64,000 nucleotides of DNA from Pedobacter sp. (GTDB lineage Bacteria; Desulfobacterota; Desulfuromonadia; Desulfuromonadales; Syntrophotaleaceae), in contig JBFWJC010000001.1 of assembly GCA_050253415.1 (NCBI GenBank), positions 1,032,679 to 1,096,678 on the forward strand, read 5' to 3'. How positions within the stretch are numbered: the first letter of the stretch is position 1; every line of letters begins with the position of its first letter. The position numbers and the translations under genes were made by a program. This document shows positions 57,772 to 64,000 of this stretch, piece after piece. The notes beneath the pieces were generated by a model. It saw only the letters and a program-made list of their open reading frames with translations, made no database searches and had not been told where the DNA came from.

Positions 57772-59007
57772 ATGAGCAAGATAAATATCGATGGCAGTGG
57801 ACGTTTGGAATTGCCGGTATCCGTTGTGAAGCAGATTGGAGCCGCATCCCTCGAGCTGGTTTGTCATTCTAACGCCCACTTGCTTTTTTCGAATATTGAG
57901 AGTGGCTTTCAATTGGCTGGCGTGCTTGGTGAAATCGCCATGGTTGATGTCCTCTCGTTTTTAAATATGTTCCGCAAGACAGGTGTGATGGTTGTCAGCC
58001 TGGCTGGAGGCCAGAAAGAGATTTGTTTCTTGCGGGGTGAGATTGTTGCCGCATCAAGTACATTCCCTGAGGAGGATATCTGCGGGGTTCTTTTGGAAAT
58101 GGGCAAGCTTGATCAGAACCTGTTGCCCAAATACCGGCAATTGCTCTCAAATCATGATGGCAATGGACGCATACTTGTTGAAAAGGGCGCTATTGCGCCC
58201 AAGGATCTATGGCTGGCGATGCGGCAGCAGGTTGAGGACATCGTATTCAACCTTTTTGGTCTGAGTCAGGGCAGTTTTTTCTTTCTCGAGAGGGAACCTG
58301 AAAAAGAAAAGATGGTGCGCTTGGCTATGTCCACCCAGAATATGATCATGGAGGGACTGCGCCGCGTTGACGAACGAGCCCTTTTTATGCGCGTTATCCG
58401 CTCCATGGATGCTCTGCCCAAGTTGGCGAATTCGTCGGTTGAAAACCTGACGGCCGAAGATGAGCGCTTGTTGGCTTTGATCGAGGCAGGCGGGCAGGAT
58501 GTCCGTGGTGTATTGCGGCGCAGTGGTATGTCGGAGTTTGACGGTCTTCGGGCTCTTTATGAATTGATCAATAAGGGGGCTGTTTCCATTGAGGACGCAC
58601 CCGCGACTGCTGTGGCAGGCGATCTTGGTGAGATATTGCTGGTGTTTAATGGCGCGTTGACAGCGTTGTTTCGCAGGGTTTCCGCAAAGAATAGCGGTTT
58701 CCTGAATGAAATAAGCACCTTTATTCGTCAAATGCCTTCCCCGTTTTCTTATGTATTTAAAGATGTAAGTCTCAAAAGTGATGGTACCGTGGATGGCCGC
58801 AAGGTGCTTACTAACCTGTCCGGACTTGAAGAACAGGACAAGAAACGATTGTTGGCCGAAGCGCTTAGTGAATTGATTTATATGGAATGCATGGCCGCTC
58901 AACGTGATCTTGGTCAGGCCGAATCAGCACGCTTGATTCAAAAAGTTCAGGAAGTGCCGCGTCGTGTCAAGAAGCTCTTGATAAAAAAACAGTTTTCCGA
59001 AGGGTGA
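57772..59007 (+). CDS. DUF4388 (PatA_N-like) domain protein
   Basis: LAGVLGEIAMVDVLSFL...KTG...ICFLRGEIVAA...GSFFF...IMEGLRRVDE pattern. Confidence 0.7.
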   Translation: MSKINIDGSGRLELPVSVVKQIGAASLELVCHSNAHLLFSNIESGFQLAGVLGEIAMVDVLSFLNMFRKTGVMVVSLAGGQKEICFLRGEIVAASSTFPEEDICGVLLEMGKLDQNLLPKYRQLLSNHDGNGRILVEKGAIAPKDLWLAMRQQVEDIVFNLFGLSQGSFFFLEREPEKEKMVRLAMSTQNMIMEGLRRVDERALFMRVIRSMDALPKLANSSVENLTAEDERLLALIEAGGQDVRGVLRRSGMSEFDGLRALYELINKGAVSIEDAPATAVAGDLGEILLVFNGALTALFRRVSAKNSGFLNEISTFIRQMPSPFSYVFKDVSLKSDGTVDGRKVLTNLSGLEEQDKKRLLAEALSELIYMECMAAQRDLGQAESARLIQKVQEVPRRVKKLLIKKQFSEG

Positions 59008-59011
59008 TATC

Positions 59012-59746
59012 ATGCTGGTCGAAGCTCGTAAAAGATTGATTTTTGCCCTGGATGTTGAATCTGGAGCGTCTGCCGAGGAATGGGTGCGGCGCCTGCGTGG
59101 CAAAGTCGGTGTTTTTAAGATCGGCAAGCAACTCTTCACCCGGTGTGGGCCTGATGTGGTTCGAATGGTCCTGGACCAAGGCGGAGAAGTGTTTCTTGAT
59201 CTGAAATTTCACGATATTCCTAATACCGTTGCCAAGGCAGCCATTGAGGCATGCCGTCTTGGTGTTCGCATTTTTAATGTTCACGCCTTGGGTGGGCGCG
59301 CCATGATGGAGGGCGCCGCTCGGGCTGTCAATGAATACCTGGCCGCTGGTGAAGGTGTGCCGCCGGTATTGCTTGGGGTTACGATCCTGACATCATCCAG
59401 CGAGCAGACTTTGCGAGAGGTCGGCATCGATCGACCGGTGGAAGAGATGGTTCTCCGGTTGGCCATGTTGGCCAAAGAGTCAGGGCTGGATGGCGTTGTC
59501 GCATCGCCCCACGAAGTCGGTTTGATTCGACAGTCCTGTGGGCGTGATTTCACTATCGTCACTCCCGGAGTGCGTCCGTCTTTTGCCGAAACGAATGATC
59601 AGCAGCGTATCATGTCCCCCGGAGAGGCTATCGCCGCAGGGTCTGATTATCTGGTGGTGGGCAGGCCGATCGCCGCTGCCGCTGATCCGGTTGGTGCTGC
59701 GCAGCGTATTGTTGAAGAGATGGCTGTGGCCCTGGAGAGGGAATGA
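59012..59746 (+). CDS. pyrF: Orotidine-5'-phosphate decarboxylase
   Basis: LIFALD, FLDLKFHDIPNTV, TPGVRP, VVGRPI. Confidence 0.97.
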   Translation: MLVEARKRLIFALDVESGASAEEWVRRLRGKVGVFKIGKQLFTRCGPDVVRMVLDQGGEVFLDLKFHDIPNTVAKAAIEACRLGVRIFNVHALGGRAMMEGAARAVNEYLAAGEGVPPVLLGVTILTSSSEQTLREVGIDRPVEEMVLRLAMLAKESGLDGVVASPHEVGLIRQSCGRDFTIVTPGVRPSFAETNDQQRIMSPGEAIAAGSDYLVVGRPIAAAADPVGAAQRIVEEMAVALERE

Positions 59747-59750
59747 GATA

Positions 59751-60491
59751 GTGGGATCGCTTATTTATGGAATTAACTCCGTCCTTGAATCCCTTAGGGG
59801 GCGACAGCGCAAAGCATTGGAGTTGTTGGTTGATCGTAATTCCGCATCGCCGCGTCTTGCCGTAGTGCGTGATGAAGCAACCAGGCGCCGTGTGACCATT
59901 AATCCGGTCAGCCGCCAGGAGTTGGATCTTCTTTCTGGAGGTGAACGTCATCAAGGGGTCGCTCTGCGGGTGGAAGAGATTGCGTCCATTCAGCTTGAAG
60001 ACCTCTTAGCGATGTGGCGCAGTAGTGAGAAAAAAGGATTGTTTCTCGTTTTGGACGGGATTACCGATCCTCACAACCTTGGTGCCTTGGCGCGGTCAGC
60101 AGAAGCATCGGGTTGCCAGGGAATGATTCTGCCCAAAGATCGTAGTTGTTCTATTACCGCAACCGCAGAAAAGGCTTCGGCTGGAGCCCTTGCACATCTT
60201 CCTGTGTGCCGGGTAACCAATATTGCGCGAACGCTGGATACTCTCAAGAGGGAAGGATTCTGGGTTTTCGGCTTGGCGGGAGAAGCTGGCGCTCTTAATC
60301 TTTTTGAAGCCGACCTGTCGGGCCATGTCGTGTTGGTTGTCGGTGATGAGGGGAAGGGGCTGCGGGATAATGTCCGAAAGCACTGCGACAATCTTCTGTC
60401 TATCCCCATGCGGGGGCAGATTTCGTCGTTAAATGCTTCCGTGGCTGGAGGCATAGCTCTGTTTGAAGTCCTTCGGCAACAGGTTGACTGA
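59751..60491 (+). CDS. rlmB: 23S rRNA (Gm2251) methyltransferase
   Basis: IYGINSV, HQGV, LDGITDPHNLGA, GDEGKG, SLNASVA SPOUT motifs. Confidence 0.92.
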   Translation: MGSLIYGINSVLESLRGRQRKALELLVDRNSASPRLAVVRDEATRRRVTINPVSRQELDLLSGGERHQGVALRVEEIASIQLEDLLAMWRSSEKKGLFLVLDGITDPHNLGALARSAEASGCQGMILPKDRSCSITATAEKASAGALAHLPVCRVTNIARTLDTLKREGFWVFGLAGEAGALNLFEADLSGHVVLVVGDEGKGLRDNVRKHCDNLLSIPMRGQISSLNASVAGGIALFEVLRQQVD

Positions 60492-60659
60492 TTTTTTCTG
60501 TATGTTTGTCATTTCCTTAAGTGCCCGAAAGGCAAGCATATTTATGTCTTCTTGTTTATTATGTGCTGTTTGTCTGGGATAATAGGGGTTGACAGGCTGT
60601 GGGCGGATGGACTATACAGTTCGCCTACCACGGCTGAACTGCGCGGGCAAAAAAACAGC

Positions 60660-60688
60660 TTGCAATTTAAATCCAATAGGGTTATAAA
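60660..60688 (+). promoter_or_regulatory. sigma70 promoter of the tRNA-tuf cluster
   Basis: TTGCAA-17 bp-TATAAA. A second candidate TTGACA-18-TATACA lies at 60589-60618. Confidence 0.6.
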
Positions 60689-60704
60689 CCGCATCTGTGC
60701 CCAG

Positions 60705-60780
60705 GCTGGCGTAGCTCAATTGGTAGAGCAGCTGACTTGTAATCAGCAGGTTGCGGGTTCAATTCCTGTCGCCAGCTCCA
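60705..60780 (+). tRNA. tRNA-Thr (TGT)
   Basis: GCTGGCG acceptor, CTTGTAA anticodon loop, CCA end. Confidence 0.97.
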
Positions 60781-60823
60781 TCAAAAGTGGGCACTGGTAG
60801 GTTGAAAATTTAACGCGTCCCCT

Positions 60824-60908
60824 GGAGGGGTTCCCGAGTGGCCAAAGGGAACAGACTGTAAATCTGTCGTCGTAGACTTCGGAGGTTCGAATCCTCCCCC
60901 CTCCACCA
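60824..60908 (+). tRNA. tRNA-Tyr (GTA)
   Basis: GGAGGGG acceptor, CTGTAAA loop, long variable arm, CCA end. Confidence 0.97.
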
Positions 60909-61032
60909 ATTAAATACTTGCCGAACGAGACTGTGGCAGGGGTTGCCAGGAGGCCGAACGGGCCGACGGTACTGGTGCTTCTTGCTTTAGTTAGTTCAAC
61001 ATGATGCTTCGATTGTGGAATGGCTCGATCGG

Positions 61033-61109
61033 GCGGGAGTAGCTCAGTTGGCTAGAGCATCAGCCTTCCAAGCTGAGGGTCGCGGGTTCGAATCCCGTTT
61101 CCCGCTCCA
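61033..61109 (+). tRNA. tRNA-Gly (TCC)
   Basis: GCGGGAG acceptor, CTTCCAA loop, CCA end. Confidence 0.97.
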
Positions 61110-61142
61110 GATTAAGAGCGTTCGCGCGTTGCAAATAGGTTG

Positions 61143-61218
<76 letters not shown>

Positions 61219-61338
61219 TTTGTGGAGCTTTCGCGTTAGGATTTTTGAAGTATACTTATATTTCGGTTCCCGCCAGTTCCTGGCGGTCCTAAAGACACAG
61301 ACTATATCGCTAAGAGATTTCAAGAGGGAGGGTTCTCC

Positions 61339-62538
<1,200 letters not shown>

Positions 62539-62597
62539 GTCCATATTAGGCAATTCCCTCACCTGTCTTTGGGCAGGTGAGGGTAGAGGAATCGGAT

Positions 62598-62747
62598 ATG
62601 AGTGATATCATTACCCTTGCCTGCACTGAGTGCAAGCAGAGGAACTACACGACGACTAAAAACAAAAAAACCAAGCCCGAACGGCTTGAGTTCAGTAAAT
62701 ACTGTCGTTTTTGTCGTAAGCATACCCCCCATCGTGAGACCAAGTAG
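62598..62747 (+). CDS. rpmG: 50S ribosomal protein L33, Zn-binding form (not in the ORF track)
   Basis: [49 protein letters not shown] has two CxxC motifs. Confidence 0.96.
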   Translation: MSDIITLACTECKQRNYTTTKNKKTKPERLEFSKYCRFCRKHTPHRETK

Positions 62748-62800
62748 TCTTATTATTGGGGAGTGATACGGGCCGCAGGTGTCTGCGGCTTTTTACTTGC

Positions 62801-62877
62801 AGGCCAGTAGCTCTAATGGCTAGAGCACCGGTCTCCAAAACCGGGTGTTGGGGGTTCGAGTCCCTCCTGGCCTGCCA
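62801..62877 (+). tRNA. tRNA-Trp (CCA)
   Basis: AGGCCAG acceptor, CTCCAAA loop, CCA end. Canonical position before secE. Confidence 0.96.
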
Positions 62878-62904
62878 TCCTTAAAGCAAGCTTTGGGAGT
62901 TTCT

Positions 62905-63093
62905 GTGATCAACAAGGCGGTTGAATTTCTTGGCAATGTCAAGGTCGAGCTAAAGAAGGTGACCTGGCCCGGCAAGAGAGATGCTTACGGGTCTACTCTC
63001 GCGGTCATCGTGCTTGTTCTTGGAGTCACGGTTTTTCTGTGGTGCGTGGACTGGTTGCTTTCTTCCGCCATTGGGGTTCTTCTCCGAGGCTAG
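62905..63093 (+). CDS. secE: Preprotein translocase subunit SecE
   Basis: ELKKVTWP motif plus a single TM helix. GGGAG RBS and GTG start. Confidence 0.93.
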   Translation: MINKAVEFLGNVKVELKKVTWPGKRDAYGSTLAVIVLVLGVTVFLWCVDWLLSSAIGVLLRG

Positions 63094-63111
63094 GCGAAAA
63101 GATAATAAAGT

Positions 63112-63645
63112 ATGTCAAAGAAGTGGTACGGGGTACATACATATTCCGGATTCGAAAACAAGGTCAAGATGGCCTTGGAAGAGAGGATTCGCCAGCTTGG
63201 TGTCGAAGATCTGTTCGGTGAGGTATTGATTCCCTCCGAAACGGTTGTCGAGATGAAGAATGGTGAGCGCAAGACTTCTACTCGGAAGTTTTTCCCGGGG
63301 TATATCCTTGTGCAGATGGATCTTAGTAATGAAACCTGGCACGTGGTTAAGAATACGCCCAAGGTGACAGGTTTTGTTGGTGGTGGGGCGGCTCCGCCGC
63401 CAATTCCGGATGAGGATGTAGCTAAGATTGCAGCACGGATGGTTGAGGATGTTGAGCGACCCAAGCCTAAGGTGGCTTTCGAGGTTGGCGAGACTGTTCG
63501 TGTTGTCGACGGTCCCTTCCTGAACTTCACCGGTGTTGTTGAGGATGTCAAGCCCGATAAGGGAAAGCTGAAGGTCATGGTCAGTATTTTCGGCCGGGTT
63601 ACTCCTGTCGAGCTCGAGTTCATCCAAGTTGAAAAAACCAGCTGA
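63112..63645 (+). CDS. nusG: Transcription termination/antitermination factor NusG
   Basis: WYGVHTYSGFE, FPGYILV, KOW domain, IFGRVTPVEL. Confidence 0.98.
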   Translation: MSKKWYGVHTYSGFENKVKMALEERIRQLGVEDLFGEVLIPSETVVEMKNGERKTSTRKFFPGYILVQMDLSNETWHVVKNTPKVTGFVGGGAAPPPIPDEDVAKIAARMVEDVERPKPKVAFEVGETVRVVDGPFLNFTGVVEDVKPDKGKLKVMVSIFGRVTPVELEFIQVEKTS

Positions 63646-63683
63646 TGCTGGCTATATGAAGGTAAAAGTTCAAGGAGAAGCTC

Positions 63684-64000
63684 ATGGCCAAAAAGGTTGT
63701 TGGAATGATAAAATTGCAGATTCCTGCCGGCAAAGCCAATCCTTCGCCGCCGGTCGGCCCCGCGCTGGGACAGCATGGGGTCAACATTATGGAATTTTGC
63801 AAGGCATTTAATGCAAAAACGCAGGGACAGGACGGGATGATTATTCCCGTAGTTATCACTGTCTTTGCTGACCGTTCTTTTAGCTTCATCACCAAAACGC
63901 CTCCTGCGGCGATTTTGCTGATGAAAGCAGCCAAGATTCCCAAGGGGTCTCCGGTGCCTAATAAGGACAAGGTTGGTAAGGTGACGAAGGCGCAGGTGCG
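63684..64000 (+). CDS. rplK: 50S ribosomal protein L11 (3'-truncated by the window)
   Basis: [43 protein letters not shown]. Confidence 0.97.
   Translation, partial: MAKKVVGMIKLQIPAGKANPSPPVGPALGQHGVNIMEFCKAFNAKTQGQDGMIIPVVITVFADRSFSFITKTPPAAILLMKAAKIPKGSPVPNKDKVGKVTKAQV

Overview
Mostly core chromosome of an anaerobic deltaproteobacterium. Gene content and order (tungsten AOR, NfnA, Desulfuromonadales-type pst genes, proS-DUF4388-pyrF) suggest a Pelobacter/Syntrophotalea-like organism; this is inference. In order: RHH and ABM small genes, ssb, plsC-rnj, ftsK-nfeD-SPFH, plsY-mltG; an islet beside tRNA-Pro (MscS-like TM-helix repeat protein, ferritin-like cargo, family 1 encapsulin); a full Pho cluster (porin, phoBR, pstSCAB, phoU); a modE-FRG-guanine deaminase operon; a GGDEF/EAL protein; a PAS-LuxR regulator and a tungsten aldehyde:ferredoxin oxidoreductase whose leader carries a Moco/Tuco-type RNA motif; TetR plus an RND pump; ttcA, a stand-alone PP2C, an M16C peptidase; an HTH-PBP regulator, tupA and a MOT1 transporter; a second GGDEF/EAL protein; an orphan nfnA with a ferredoxin; an aminotransferase, a Ycf46-like ATPase, proS, DUF4388, pyrF, rlmB; and the tRNA-tuf-rpmG-tRNA-Trp-secE-nusG-rplK cluster. 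No transposase, integrase, prophage or CRISPR array was seen. The best leads are: (1) the P3-less Moco/Tuco RNA before aor, whose conserved CCUCCC is complementary to the aor Shine-Dalgarno, suggesting an ON switch; (2) the translationally coupled FRG + guanine deaminase pair behind modE; (3) the dispersed tungsten regulon, with tupA next to MOT1 and no tupBC; (4) a lineage-specific Pho-box candidate (CTAATAT-N4-CTAACA). All calls come from reading motifs by eye; no searches or folding programs were run.
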